64,000 bases of DNA from Pseudomonadota bacterium (GCA_038134595.1 JAYPVM010000011.1:26694-90693); one strand, 5' to 3'. Numbered from the stretch's first letter, positions 18,201-28,741 are shown. Notes: a model not told the origin generated them from the letters alone. Numbers and translations are program-made.

Positions 18201-20629
18201 CTCAGATTCCAATTACGGTGATCTTTAGCGAGCCGACATATGTAAGTTCTAACGTTTCACTTCGCCTCAGACTCGATACAGGAACTATTGATGCCGAGTA
18301 TGTAAGTGGCACCGGTTCAACAGAGCTTCGCTTTAACTACGTTGTGGGAAGCACTCACAACACAGCAGACCTTGAGTACTTTGATATAAATTCTCTGCGT
18401 GATGATACAGCCTCTATTCTCGATCAAGCAGGCAACGCAAGCACCGCTATCCTTCCAACACCTGGAAGTAGCGGATCGCTTGGAAACGCAAAGGATATCA
18501 CTATCGACAACATCGCTCCCGATGCTCCAGTCCTGACAGATCCAGCAGGCACCACGGTGTACCGCAGAAATTCAGTTCTTGTGAAGGGCACTGCTGAGCC
18601 GTTCTCCGAAATCAGTGTTACATTCGGCACAACTCACTCATGCCAAGCTACAACCTCCGCCGATAGCAGTTGGGAATGTCAGGTTACTGGACTAGAGGAT
18701 GGAATCTATTATGTCTCGGCAGACGCAACCGACCGCGCTGGAAATCTAGGCGTGAAATCATCAGCAATTGAAGTACATATCGAAAACGATTCCCTTACTC
18801 CCCCAACGATAACCTCGCCAACTAACGAGATGACTACAGAGTCGCAACCTGTATTTGCAGGCACAGGGCATCCAAATAAACTAACCAAAATCTTCTATGG
18901 CGCAACCGAGGTGTGTACCGCAAGTGTTTCATCTGAGGGCGCGTGGTCATGCACAAGCTTAATCTTATTTAGTGAGGGATACTATCCACTGGTAGCGTAC
19001 ACTGAAGATCCAATCGATTCTGCCACCTCTACCACCGTTGATTTCACTCTCGCAGTGGGACAGGTCTATTCGGGAACGATTAGAAAGACAAACCGCGAGC
19101 AAACTCCTTTCGAGGGAGTAGAGATTACCGATGGAGTTCATACCGTAGAAACTGATGCCGACGGCACCTACACCTTTGTAGTACCACTAGCTGGAGCCGA
19201 CGCGCTCACTGCCTCGAAATACGGCTGGAGCGTTACACAAGTATCGAGTGAGCTAACTGCGACATCAGGAAGCACCGTCGACTGGCTTGCAACACCTCAT
19301 TTAGAACAACAAACATTTGCTATCTGGTTTACCAAACGCCAGCAGATGACCTCGTCGATACATATCATCAATCGAGACGCCTCCTCCTCTACCGTTGATG
19401 TCACTACCTTTACCAAAGACGGTAGCGTTTGTGATAGTACAGACACCACTACTGTAGAATCATTTCAAAAAACCTCTCTGGAAGTCCCTCTAGACAACTG
19501 TATTGTAGACGAGCCAGATTACGGAGTCGTTGAAGTTGACTACTCAGGAGAAAGCTTTAGAGGATCAATTGCATCCTTTAATCAAACGGTAGCGACTTCA
19601 AGACGAGTCTATTCATACGGAAGCATGGAGCTACAAAATGAAGTTCGGGGCACCTCCTACTCTCAATTTGATACCGCTTTCTACAAGGACAGGTCATCTC
19701 AAAGTCGCTCTCTTCTGCAAAACGAGCTATTCCTTGCAAATGTAGGAGATAGCCCGCTTAGCTTTACCGTAACTCGGTATAAATCAGACACCACCGACCT
19801 CGGTACAATCTCGGTAAGCGTGGCTCCAAAGACAGTCGGTGTGGTTGAATTCGAAGATTCTCTCTCACAAGAAGCTGCAAACGGCATCGACTACATCGTT
19901 CCTAGCGATCCGACAGCCCCCTATATCGCAATGCGAAGACGTGCTCCTCAAAAAGGCTCGGCATTTGGTTCGCTTGAGCCTAGTGTTTCATCACCGCTTT
20001 CAACCGTGTTTAGTCGGGTACAATACTTTCCCACAACTCGTGCGGTGCAATACGCAGAGATTTCAAATGTAAGCTCTTCTCCTACAGAGGTGACGCTTAC
20101 TCGATATTCTCGAAGTGGCAGAGCGAGACCAGCGATTCATCTTGCACTCCAACCCCAAGAGACTCGAAAAATTAGGCTAAGTAGACTCCTACGAAAATAC
20201 ACTGAAGGGGCCCTTGAGATCACATCGAGTGTTCCTAATGCACTTATCGTAAGCTCGGTCGTCAAACACTACAACAAACGAAATAAGCTGCGGCAGATAC
20301 ATATCACTCCGCTAAAAGAATCATTTGGAGATTTATTTCACGGTGTGGTTTCAGCATCGATAGCGCAACGTACTTTGGTAAAACTCTCTAATATGAGTTC
20401 CGAGCCACAAACAGCAACTGTCTCCTGCCTTGTAGATGGGCAGATGCTTCATTCAAACTCGTATAGACTTCGTGCTCATAGCTTTAGGTCTGTGAAGACC
20501 AAAAGCTGTATGATGGGGCACTCAGAAGGAATCATCGAGGTAAATGCTTCCGCTGTTGGAGTGGTTGTTCCCGACTTAATACATTATACCAGACGAGATC
20601 TTGGGGAATTTGCTTCGCGTATGGAGTAA
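15269..20629 (+). CDS. Large secreted surface protein with tandem bacterial Ig-like repeats
   Basis: Signal peptide MLRFAFVCIVALVIFITSSVAFA; recurring units (V.FSE.V.V.GTP.L.L...Y.SGSGxxTLTFxYTV..GD...L.Y...D.AGN.A.LTLP); distinct C-terminal region; ORF track starts at 15194. Confidence 0.85.
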   Translation: MLRFAFVCIVALVIFITSSVAFAATITTVSSTTADGTYTVGDTVEIQVTFDEAVTVTETPTLSLNIGGVANYESGSGSTTLTFRYAPVLGDQISSLDYTSTSALGLNGGTITTTEDAPADLTLPSPGTTGSLSFGRSIAIDAVKPTVSLQANPPTVANTPNFSISITFSEIVTGLTPSDFTVTNGSISELSGSGAVYEASVVATQEGSVSVVLPADSVIDGVSLGNSISNTVGFLYDITPPTISNITSSPTVGGRKAGDTVDVLVQFTESVFLIDNPPTLTLETGDVDRDAVYIAGSGSSVLRFRYTVEEGDASEDLSYISQNALTQIGGSLVDQAGNTAVLTLPVPGEQYSLSANSDVIIDTIPPTVSLSTSHSSSTDSDLIPITITFSEAVTGFTADDIAVSNGAATLLSGSGANYTAYVVPRVNGSVVISIPAGGAFDRASNGNELSDNQLTFSFSTDGPTVLDVYSTTPDGEYKADKTILVHVQFSESVVVDGTPRIQLSSGNSAYAYYAEGSGTNTLTFLYTVSQGENSGDLDYGTLPPLSLQGGAIRDAATNTKDARFTFAKPGRSGSLSVSNNIIVDTIAPVVSYVTGSTPNGAYHEDEDIQIQVVFSETIVMTGTPSLALETGATDQTAAFTGASGRTLSFLYTIVDGDNTERLDYLSSNAFSLNDAILTDRAGNIAVVTLPTTGSSNSLAGRKNIIIDTIHPWVDSVSSTLPSGRYKAGTQIPITVSFSETVTVTGTPQIALQIGTRSDTASYTSGSGSSTITFSYTVQAGDTTESLRYIDSTSLSLAGGAIFDRARNDAILPLPTPGASGSLSFNRTLALDTDTPQIISAISSKSPGVYSVSTTIHIEVLFDEPVVATGTPEILLNTTPSAAKAVYKEGSGTDTLIFEYVVDVDENSADLGYIDSDSLTLPSGATIRDIAGNDAILTLPDNSGENSLQGHNAITIDTLAPTVVSVTSDIANGFYRVGAQIPITVIFSEPTYVSSNVSLRLRLDTGTIDAEYVSGTGSTELRFNYVVGSTHNTADLEYFDINSLRDDTASILDQAGNASTAILPTPGSSGSLGNAKDITIDNIAPDAPVLTDPAGTTVYRRNSVLVKGTAEPFSEISVTFGTTHSCQATTSADSSWECQVTGLEDGIYYVSADATDRAGNLGVKSSAIEVHIENDSLTPPTITSPTNEMTTESQPVFAGTGHPNKLTKIFYGATEVCTASVSSEGAWSCTSLILFSEGYYPLVAYTEDPIDSATSTTVDFTLAVGQVYSGTIRKTNREQTPFEGVEITDGVHTVETDADGTYTFVVPLAGADALTASKYGWSVTQVSSELTATSGSTVDWLATPHLEQQTFAIWFTKRQQMTSSIHIINRDASSSTVDVTTFTKDGSVCDSTDTTTVESFQKTSLEVPLDNCIVDEPDYGVVEVDYSGESFRGSIASFNQTVATSRRVYSYGSMELQNEVRGTSYSQFDTAFYKDRSSQSRSLLQNELFLANVGDSPLSFTVTRYKSDTTDLGTISVSVAPKTVGVVEFEDSLSQEAANGIDYIVPSDPTAPYIAMRRRAPQKGSAFGSLEPSVSSPLSTVFSRVQYFPTTRAVQYAEISNVSSSPTEVTLTRYSRSGRARPAIHLALQPQETRKIRLSRLLRKYTEGALEITSSVPNALIVSSVVKHYNKRNKLRQIHITPLKESFGDLFHGVVSASIAQRTLVKLSNMSSEPQTATVSCLVDGQMLHSNSYRLRAHSFRSVKTKSCMMGHSEGIIEVNASAVGVVVPDLIHYTRRDLGEFASRME

Positions 20630-20711
20630 ACATATTGGTGCTATCATCTAGCGCCAAAGAATAGCTCTTGCTATCGTAGGGGCTTTAGATAATGTTCATC
20701 TACGGATTGCT

Positions 20712-21050
20712 ATGAGCTTACTACCACCCTGTCCTAAATGTTCGTCAGAATACACCTATGAAGATAGATCGCTTCTTGTCTGCCCTGAGTGTGCATATGA
20801 GTGGAGCGTTGAAGACAATACCAACGAAACCGACGCACCTGAGATTAAAGACTCTGTTGGCAACGTTCTGCAGGACGGCGATACCGTCACGGTTATCAAA
20901 GATCTAAAGGTCAAGGGAAGCTCCTCTGTGGTAAAGGTAGGAACAAAGGCTCGAAATATCCGTCTCGTAGACGGAGACCACGATATCGATTGTAAGATCG
21001 ATGGAATTGGGGCTATGAAGCTTAAATCCTGCTTTGTTAAAAAAGTATAA
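20712..21050 (+). CDS. yjdM: Zinc-ribbon protein YjdM/PhnA family
   Basis: [15 protein letters not shown]...[43 protein letters not shown]. Confidence 0.92.
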   Translation: MSLLPPCPKCSSEYTYEDRSLLVCPECAYEWSVEDNTNETDAPEIKDSVGNVLQDGDTVTVIKDLKVKGSSSVVKVGTKARNIRLVDGDHDIDCKIDGIGAMKLKSCFVKKV

Positions 21051-21246
21051 ATGCTTAAAGGGCTTTATCCCCCTCAAATGTCAAAATATTCCGTCTTACC
21101 GGCATAGTAGAGGCAAGGTGGGAGTCGACTCCTCGTTAGGTGCCCCACGGCATCCTTTGTACGCTTTTGATTAAATAGTGCATTTACTATAGCTTCATAC
21201 CCATAAAAGCTTTGCTCGACTATGAGTATTGTAGCAAGAGGAATCT

Positions 21247-22545
21247 GTGACCGTCCAAGACTCTCAATCATCACCAAAAGCTTTACGGATAGCCATCCTC
21301 GTTGCGGCACTCGGTTACTTTGTCGATGTCTACGATATCGTTGTTTTTAGTATAGTACGGGTTCCCAGCTTACAGAGCCTCGGGTTCTCTGATGAGCGAG
21401 TTTTAGAAGATGGTGTACTCCTCTTAAATCTTCAAATGGGCGGTATGCTTTTGGGAGGGATCCTCTGGGGGCTTTTGGGAGATAAGATCGGTCGCATCCA
21501 GGTGCTCTTCGGTTCAATCCTACTTTATTCAATTGCTAACCTTGCTAATGCCTTTGTTAACGATCTCACAACTTATGCGACCTGCCGTTTCTTTTCTGGC
21601 GTAGGGCTAGCTGGAGAGATCGGAGCTGGCATCACGCTGGTCTCTGAGATGATGCCTAAAAATCGACGCGGCCTCGCCACAACGCTGGTGGCGACTATTG
21701 GCGTATCGGGCGCAATCGCTGCCGCAACAATAGGTGAAGCTGTCCATTGGAGAACTGCTTATATTATCGGTGGCCTTGGAGGATTCGCACTCCTAGCACT
21801 ACGTGTGGGGGCATTTGAATCGGGAATGTTTCAGGCGGTGAAGGAGAATGTCTCCATAAAAAAGGGGGATATCTTTTTACTTCTCCGTGACCGACGTTTT
21901 CCTCGATATATCAGCTGTATCTGCGTCGGTATCCCTCTGTTTTTCTTCGTAACACTCTTGATGGCGCTAGCTCCTGAAGTAGGAAAAGCTCTGAACGTGA
22001 CGGCTCCTCTGAGTGCGGGGCAAGCAGCTCTACACTACTCTATCGGCATTACCATCGGGGATGTAGCGAGTGGCTTACTGAGCCAGTATCTGAAGAGTCG
22101 AAAAAAAGCCTTGGCAGTCTTTTTGATGGGCGCATTCGTTGTTTCACTCCTTTTGGCGTTCGCCAACGGTGCGAGCCCACGATACTTCTACAACCTAGCC
22201 TTACTCGGCGGATTTAGCATCGGCTACTGGGCTATGCTACTGACTACCGCAGCAGAGCAATTCGGTACAAATCTACGAGCAACAGTAGCTTCAACCGTTC
22301 CTAACTTTGTAAGGGGTTCGACGATCGGCATTACCCTCTTGTTTGAATTCCTACGTCCTTATCTTGGCACGATCGAGTCCGTACGGGTCGTTGGAGCGGT
22401 GTCTTTTGCCCTAGGTTTCTGGGGCCTCTACCGCCTTCGAGAAACCTTTCATGTTGACTTAGACTTTGTCGAGCAACGAGGTGTATCAAATAGCGATGTG
22501 CTGATAATGTCAGAGAAAGAGCAAAGTCTGGTAATAAATGAATAA
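21247..22545 (+). CDS. MFS transporter
   Basis: About 12 hydrophobic segments, YFVDVYD, GLLGDKIGRIQV motif A, AEQFGTNLRAT. Confidence 0.9.
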   Translation: MTVQDSQSSPKALRIAILVAALGYFVDVYDIVVFSIVRVPSLQSLGFSDERVLEDGVLLLNLQMGGMLLGGILWGLLGDKIGRIQVLFGSILLYSIANLANAFVNDLTTYATCRFFSGVGLAGEIGAGITLVSEMMPKNRRGLATTLVATIGVSGAIAAATIGEAVHWRTAYIIGGLGGFALLALRVGAFESGMFQAVKENVSIKKGDIFLLLRDRRFPRYISCICVGIPLFFFVTLLMALAPEVGKALNVTAPLSAGQAALHYSIGITIGDVASGLLSQYLKSRKKALAVFLMGAFVVSLLLAFANGASPRYFYNLALLGGFSIGYWAMLLTTAAEQFGTNLRATVASTVPNFVRGSTIGITLLFEFLRPYLGTIESVRVVGAVSFALGFWGLYRLRETFHVDLDFVEQRGVSNSDVLIMSEKEQSLVINE

Positions 22546-22866
22546 GCCCAAAGACCGCCTTCATCTACTGTTCCTACTCTGCAAGGTAAAATACACGCAC
22601 CGTTACTAGAAGTTCCATCCGAAAACAGAAACCTTACATCCAAGGAGCGTATGAAGCTGACGGCTCCGTTAATAATTTACCAGGGGAAGCATTTCCACAG
22701 ACTGGACTTGGTCTAGATTAAAGCCATGCTCTTAGAGCATTAATTTTCCTCGTGATTTCAAACCCCTACCTGAACGCATACAACGGACCAACGTTTTTTT
22801 TTATCCATAAAATGTGTTATCTAAGGCCTAACAAAGTTACGAGAGTGCTAAATTCAAGAAACCACT

Positions 22867-25653
22867 ATGAAACGAACATCTAACATCGATCTCGCAGAGA
22901 AACACTACGATCCCTCCAAGGTAGAAGCTTCAGTATATAAGCTCTGGGAAGAGCACGATGTGTTCGTAGCTGATAACACCTCGAAGAAAAAACCTTTCAC
23001 CATTGTAATCCCTCCACCCAACGTTACTGGGCGACTTCACATGGGGCATGCTCTAAACAATACTATGCAAGATGTGCTCATAAGATTTAAGCGCATGGAA
23101 GGCTATGACGCGTTGTGGATTCCTGGCACCGATCACGCCGGCATTGCAACTCAGAACGTTGTCAAAAAGCACCTCGAAGCCGAAGGAATTAACTACAGGG
23201 AATACGGCAGAGAAAATGTAATCGAACGGATCTGGCAGTGGAAGCAAAAGTATGGCGACCATATCTTAAACCAACTGCGTAGGCTGGGGTGTAGCTGTGA
23301 CTGGTCACGCACGAGATTTACGATGGATGATAATCTATCGCTTGCGGTTCGCACCTGCTTCAAAAAACTCTACGATCAAGGGCTTATCTATCGCGGCAAA
23401 TATATCGTAAATTGGTGCCCCGTTGATCAAACAGCTCTCTCAGATGATGAGATCGATACCAAAGATGGTGGTGAGCCAGGTCACTTCTGGTACTTCAAGT
23501 ATCCATTAAAGGACGGTTCAGGTCATATTGAAATCGCCACCACTCGACCAGAGACGATGCTTGGGGATACTGCTGTTGCAGTAAATCCAAAAGACGCTCG
23601 CTACAAGGATTTCATTGGAAAACTGATAACACTCCCTCTTGTCGGTCGTGATATCCCTGTTATAGCGGACGATTACGTTGATCCAGAGTTTGGTACAGGG
23701 TGTGTAAAGATTACACCTGCTCACGATCCAAACGATTTTCAGATAGGTCTTCGACACGACTTAGCGCAGATTAACATCATGCACGAAGACGCTACGATGA
23801 ATGAAAACGTGCCGGAGAAGTTTCAAGGCATGGACCGGTACGTTTGTCGTAAAGCAGTCGTTAATGACTTAACAGAGCTTGGGCTCGTCACAAAAATAGA
23901 GGAACGAAACGTCCCGGTCGGACGAAGCTACCGCTCAAAAGCCGTGATAGAATACCGGCTGAGTGACCAATGGTTTGTAAAGATGCAACCACTTGCAGAG
24001 AAAGCTCTTCAAGCAAGTCAAGCTGGCGATCTAAAGTTTGTTCCAGAGAGGTGGGATAATTATTACCGCACATGGCTTAACAAAACTCGTGACTGGTGTA
24101 TCTCAAGACAGATCTGGTGGGGGCATCGCATACCGGCTTGGTATAACAAAGAAACAGGCGAGGTCCTCGTAGAGATTGAAACGCCGAAGCAAGTTGAGGA
24201 GAATCCAGATGCGTGGCAACAGGATGAAGATGTTTTGGACACGTGGTTTAGCTCTGCGTTGTGGCCGTATTCGACACTCGGGTGGCCAAATGACACAAAG
24301 GACGTCTCACGCTACTATCCCACTGATGTGCTTGTAACTGGAAAAGATATTATCTTCTTCTGGATAGCTCGCATGGTTATGACGGGTCTATTTAACCTTG
24401 AGAAAGTGCCATTTCACACAGTATTGATTAACTCCATCATCTGCGACGAAGATGGAGAAACGATGTCTAAATCCAAAGGAAACGGCATCGATCCATTACA
24501 CATTATCGATGGAGCCTCACTTGAAGACCTAGAAGAGCCTGTACAAGAGGCACAGCCTAGCAACAAAGATGCTCTTCTAAAGCGACTACGTACTAGGTTT
24601 CCGGAGGGATTTAAGGGGGTAGGTGCAGATGCCTTGCGGTACACAATGCTTACCTCTGCCACCGATGCCCAGCAGCTCAATATCTCGCTTAAGAAGTTTG
24701 ATGAAATAGGCAGACCCCTAGCAGACAAGATCTGGAATGCTTCAAAGCTTGTTTTAGGACTCCTTGAACAGTGTCCGGAGAGCTCTGCGAAGCCAGCGGA
24801 CATAGAGGAGCAGTGGATCCTTGGTCGGCTAGATAGTACTACAAGCAAAGTTCGAGAGGCCTTTGATACCTATAGCTTCCATCACGCTACTGAAGCACTC
24901 TACCACTTCTTCTGGGATGACCTCTGCGATTGGTACTTAGAAATTGCCAAGCTTCACATGAGAAACGGTAGCGACGCTAAGAAGCGGCTTGTGTGTGAAA
25001 CACTCGTTGAAGCGCTCGCTGGCTTTCTGAAACTTGTGCATCCTATCATGCCCTTTATAAGCGAAGAGATGTGGGGGCATGTCCATCCGCATATTGAGAA
25101 GCTTACGCCTGCAGGCTCGCCAACAGGTGAGAGCATCCTCGCCCTCGCTCAATTTCCAAGTTCTAAGCAGAGAAGCGATAGAGCGACAGAAGAATCATTT
25201 GCAGTCATTCAAGATATCGTCAGAACCACGCGAAATATGCGTGCTAACGGTGGCATATCACCAAAGGTAGCCATCGAAGTGGTTGCTGTACCCAATGATG
25301 AGGCCACCAAGAAAGCTATTCTTGCAGCGCACGATCTCATCTCTAGCCTTGCTAATCTGCAGAGTCTTAGCGTGACAGAACATGCGCCCGAGAAGTTTTC
25401 GGTTGTAGTTCTTCCATCCCTACGACTGTGTCTTAATATGGCAGAGCATATCGATGTCGACGCAGAGATTGCTAGAAACAAAAAGGCTCTTGAAAGAATT
25501 GATGGCGTAATAACCGCACTCACCAAGAAACTTGGAAACGAAACCTTTGTCTCCAAAGCTCCTGCGGATGTCGTAGAGAAGGAGCGTGAGAAGCTCTCTG
25601 AAGCTACCAGTCAGCGAGAGAAGATTCTGGGCACTTTAGGTGAGCTTGGGTAG
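22867..25653 (+). CDS. valS: Valine--tRNA ligase
   Basis: PPPNVTGRLHMGHA, GTDHAGIATQ, ATTRPETMLGD, DWCISRQIWWGH, DVLDTWFSS, TMSKSKGN, C-terminal coiled coil. Confidence 0.98.
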   Translation: MKRTSNIDLAEKHYDPSKVEASVYKLWEEHDVFVADNTSKKKPFTIVIPPPNVTGRLHMGHALNNTMQDVLIRFKRMEGYDALWIPGTDHAGIATQNVVKKHLEAEGINYREYGRENVIERIWQWKQKYGDHILNQLRRLGCSCDWSRTRFTMDDNLSLAVRTCFKKLYDQGLIYRGKYIVNWCPVDQTALSDDEIDTKDGGEPGHFWYFKYPLKDGSGHIEIATTRPETMLGDTAVAVNPKDARYKDFIGKLITLPLVGRDIPVIADDYVDPEFGTGCVKITPAHDPNDFQIGLRHDLAQINIMHEDATMNENVPEKFQGMDRYVCRKAVVNDLTELGLVTKIEERNVPVGRSYRSKAVIEYRLSDQWFVKMQPLAEKALQASQAGDLKFVPERWDNYYRTWLNKTRDWCISRQIWWGHRIPAWYNKETGEVLVEIETPKQVEENPDAWQQDEDVLDTWFSSALWPYSTLGWPNDTKDVSRYYPTDVLVTGKDIIFFWIARMVMTGLFNLEKVPFHTVLINSIICDEDGETMSKSKGNGIDPLHIIDGASLEDLEEPVQEAQPSNKDALLKRLRTRFPEGFKGVGADALRYTMLTSATDAQQLNISLKKFDEIGRPLADKIWNASKLVLGLLEQCPESSAKPADIEEQWILGRLDSTTSKVREAFDTYSFHHATEALYHFFWDDLCDWYLEIAKLHMRNGSDAKKRLVCETLVEALAGFLKLVHPIMPFISEEMWGHVHPHIEKLTPAGSPTGESILALAQFPSSKQRSDRATEESFAVIQDIVRTTRNMRANGGISPKVAIEVVAVPNDEATKKAILAAHDLISSLANLQSLSVTEHAPEKFSVVVLPSLRLCLNMAEHIDVDAEIARNKKALERIDGVITALTKKLGNETFVSKAPADVVEKEREKLSEATSQREKILGTLGELG

Positions 25654-25966
25654 GCTTAAGGCTCCAAAAACCTGTCAAATCCTGCTCGGTGCGAAGGACT
25701 AAGTGCCTGTATTTGCTATTTAACTCTGCAAATTGAGGCCCTATTTTGGCAATCTCAATTTGCTTTAGTAATTTCAATCAGCTATTCTCCTTAGAACGTA
25801 GTTTGAGTAGAAGAGAGAAAAGGTTCTATCGCCGTTGGTTGGTGACTTCCTTAGCTTGCACAGAGGGTAGGCCCTGTGTGCAGGCAAGGGAATTGTTCCC
25901 AATGGATTTGCCTGGTGGAATGATGGAGCGCAACGAAGGGTCCAAGACTAATGAAAGGTAAGGACC

Positions 25967-26542
25967 ATGCGCGTAATGATTGCAGTGATGGCGATGATGG
26001 CAAGTGGAGCGGCAGCAGCACAGGCACAACTGTATGTGCCGGTTGTAATTGTTCCCACTCCCCAAGCAGTGATTCTCCCCTGGGGAGAGCACTGGAGAGA
26101 AGTCTCCTTCCCCAGCGAAGGAGGGCTCACCTACAAATGGGGAGCCTACGATATCCACGTTGACCCCAATGGAAGTCAGTGGGTAGTAGGCGAGAAGGAA
26201 ACGAAGCGAGCAAAGCTTCGTTTCGTGGAACCGTTCGACGCCTTCGGGCGTCGGATACCAAAGGAGATTGGCAACTTTCCTGGGGCTGAGAGGCACACCT
26301 CTCAGCGGCACTACAACCCAGACGGGTCGTGGTACGGAAAGTCAAAAGCTCATATTGGAAACCGAACGTGGTTTCCAACGTGGGCCTCTGACGGGAAATC
26401 AACCTACCTCGTATGGGTTGAAGAACTGCCAAAGCCCAAAATGGTTCCGCAGACTCCAACGCCCGACCCGGCGTTTGAGTCAAAAAGCGGGAAGTCTAGC
26501 ACCCCCGCTCCATCAGGACACTCAAGGATTGTCCTGAAGTAA
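25967..26542 (+). CDS. Hypothetical secreted protein
   Basis: AAGGA RBS, signal peptide MRVMIAVMAMMASGAAAAQAQ, Pro-rich tail, followed by a terminator. Confidence 0.65.
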   Translation: MRVMIAVMAMMASGAAAAQAQLYVPVVIVPTPQAVILPWGEHWREVSFPSEGGLTYKWGAYDIHVDPNGSQWVVGEKETKRAKLRFVEPFDAFGRRIPKEIGNFPGAERHTSQRHYNPDGSWYGKSKAHIGNRTWFPTWASDGKSTYLVWVEELPKPKMVPQTPTPDPAFESKSGKSSTPAPSGHSRIVLK

Positions 26543-26552
26543 GGTTTAAAAT

Positions 26553-26581
26553 ACCAGCGAAACGGATTTCGCTGGTTTTTT
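26553..26581 (+). terminator. Rho-independent terminator
   Basis: ACCAGCGAAA-CGGA-TTTCGCTGGT followed by a T run. Confidence 0.8.
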
Positions 26582-26817
26582 CTCTCAAACTACGCTCATT
26601 TATTTCTTCTCTTAATCCTGATAGCAAATATCCTGATTAAAAAAGTCCAATAGCAACACGATACAACCAAGGCTATGTAACTAAGGATTAATTTCTATCT
26701 CAGACAGTGTCTACACATTCGTAGATATCAGACGAAGGTGGAATAGAGAGGCGATTTATTCTCTACAAACTTCAGGTTTCTGCTCCTGAACTCGGTACGG
26801 TAATTACTGAACTGAAA

Positions 26818-28542
26818 TTAAGCTGATCCGAAAAGCACTCCCGCAGGTTGCTGCATAAAGAGAATCTGCGCGCGGGATTCTGGGCCATATTGAGAGCTAC
26901 TCTCAACGATTCCCACATCAGCTAACTCACGGTGTAGATAGATGTCACCAGGGATGATGGTCGCTCCATCGTCGCCACTCGAGTACACCCGCCGATTTTT
27001 ATCGCTTAAAAGATAAAGATACACCCCACACCCTAAAGGAAAATTCGGTATGTCTCTTTGTTGCTTGTCCATCTCCACCAGCTCATTAAAACTCTTTGGC
27101 CATACCCCTTGAAGATGAAAGAAATCTCTCATGCTGTTATACACGGAGGCGCAATCTTGGGTTCGAGCCTCTGAAGCTCGCTCGGCTAGCTGTATCAATC
27201 GATCTCCGGGAATCATCGGCGTTTTTGGGTCTAAGCAACTGACAATGCGATGAAGTCTTTTATCATCTTCAATCGTTTCTTGTCCCTCTATGCTTGCACA
27301 CGAGTCTGGTAGCCTCCTTAATAGCGCACTCGCAGTGGCCAAAGGTATGCAGCCACGTTTTCGAACCAATGCATCTTTAACCCCAGAGGAGACGGCGAAA
27401 CTATCAATGATTTGTTCATAAGAAATGCCAAGCAAATTATCCATTGCATCGATACGTTCTGCCACAAACAGAGCTGGTAGCACATTACGCTTTGCAAGCT
27501 TTGGTTCATATTCATACTTATGTTTCGCCATTTCTATGAGTTCTGGCAAAAACACCCCCTGTGTTCGCTTGCCGGCTAGTGGCTCGGGTATTAGATTAGG
27601 ATTTCTTTGCTTCCATTTCTTTATCGTTGAGAGTGTTATCCCAACCATCGCAGCAGCCTGCGTTACTGTAACGGTCGAAAGAAAAGTCGCTGCGTATTCC
27701 TCCGGAATATACATTCCTAAGGGAGTCTTGGTTGCAACGCCTCCAACACGTGCTAGGTGCCGAAGTGTTCCTTCCTCCCTCATTCGAATGTGATTAAACT
27801 CAGGCGAACTCGGTGAGCTAATTCGCTTTGCCTTATCTTCGGCGACCTTGATGATAGAACAAAACCGCTCCCCGTCAATCACGATGTCTTGGCGCCTCTT
27901 TTGATCTTCGACTCGGCTACGCCACAGGACAAGCTCGTCCACCTGCGCATCCGTCAGCCGAGTTCTTCCGAGAGGATCGAGAGTGAACGTCATCCCTTTT
28001 TGAGCGGCGTATGCTGTTAGGTAATTTACTGGCACGCCGAGTGTCTTCGCACACTCTGTTACGGTCATTCTGTGAGAGAGCGAATCAAGAAGCTGCTTTT
28101 GCTCTTTAACGACGCGTTCTCCTTTAGGCGATATGTATAGTCGCTTATCCAACGCATACATTAAGAGCTTTGGGTCTTCACTTCTTCTGGCAAAACTCGC
28201 TACAGTGTTTCTATGAATTCCTAATTCACTCGCCAGCGTTGCAACTTTTTTCCATCCCATAATTTGAGGCAGATATCCCCGAATTAACTGCAGAGCCTCT
28301 CGTCGGTCAAGCGGTTTGAGTCGTGGCTCGCACGTTGTTCCATCAGCACGCAGTGCCTTCTCGCTTAACGAGCGTGCAGGAACCCCTAGAAGAGAGGCAA
28401 GACTCTCTGGTGAGAATGTGCTCATCTTTTGGGCCTGCTCCTCTACAATCTCAATTATTCGCCTAACCTTAGGCATTCGGAGACACTCGCTGGTCAGATC
28501 AGCTTGTTTTGAGAAATGAATATCTATATTCGCTCGGGGCAT
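26818..28542 (-). CDS. Hypothetical DNA-binding protein with multiple MerR/excisionase-like HTH repeats
   Basis: SPESLASLLGVP, VATLASELGIHRNTV, TVTECAKTLGVPVNYL, TVTQAAAMVGITLSTIKKW. Confidence 0.6.
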   Translation of the reverse strand: MPRANIDIHFSKQADLTSECLRMPKVRRIIEIVEEQAQKMSTFSPESLASLLGVPARSLSEKALRADGTTCEPRLKPLDRREALQLIRGYLPQIMGWKKVATLASELGIHRNTVASFARRSEDPKLLMYALDKRLYISPKGERVVKEQKQLLDSLSHRMTVTECAKTLGVPVNYLTAYAAQKGMTFTLDPLGRTRLTDAQVDELVLWRSRVEDQKRRQDIVIDGERFCSIIKVAEDKAKRISSPSSPEFNHIRMREEGTLRHLARVGGVATKTPLGMYIPEEYAATFLSTVTVTQAAAMVGITLSTIKKWKQRNPNLIPEPLAGKRTQGVFLPELIEMAKHKYEYEPKLAKRNVLPALFVAERIDAMDNLLGISYEQIIDSFAVSSGVKDALVRKRGCIPLATASALLRRLPDSCASIEGQETIEDDKRLHRIVSCLDPKTPMIPGDRLIQLAERASEARTQDCASVYNSMRDFFHLQGVWPKSFNELVEMDKQQRDIPNFPLGCGVYLYLLSDKNRRVYSSGDDGATIIPGDIYLHRELADVGIVESSSQYGPESRAQILFMQQPAGVLFGSA

Positions 28543-28741
28543 TGGTACTACTTTTTTATTCGACTAATTGTATCAACAAAAAAGATACTTTTAGCACAGG
28601 TACGCCACTGGCTCTAGAAAATCACGACTTGAGGCGTTATTTAAAACAGGTGGTCGTGTTCCCGGCAATCATTCCTCTAATTGCTACTGATTCCGACAGT
28701 TGGTTATCCCCTCGTCCCTGTCGGTCTGCGCTAGCTGGAGG

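Noticed and set aside
22546..22860. T-box or other leader RNA upstream of valS
   Set aside because: No T-box consensus or terminator/antiterminator pair visible.
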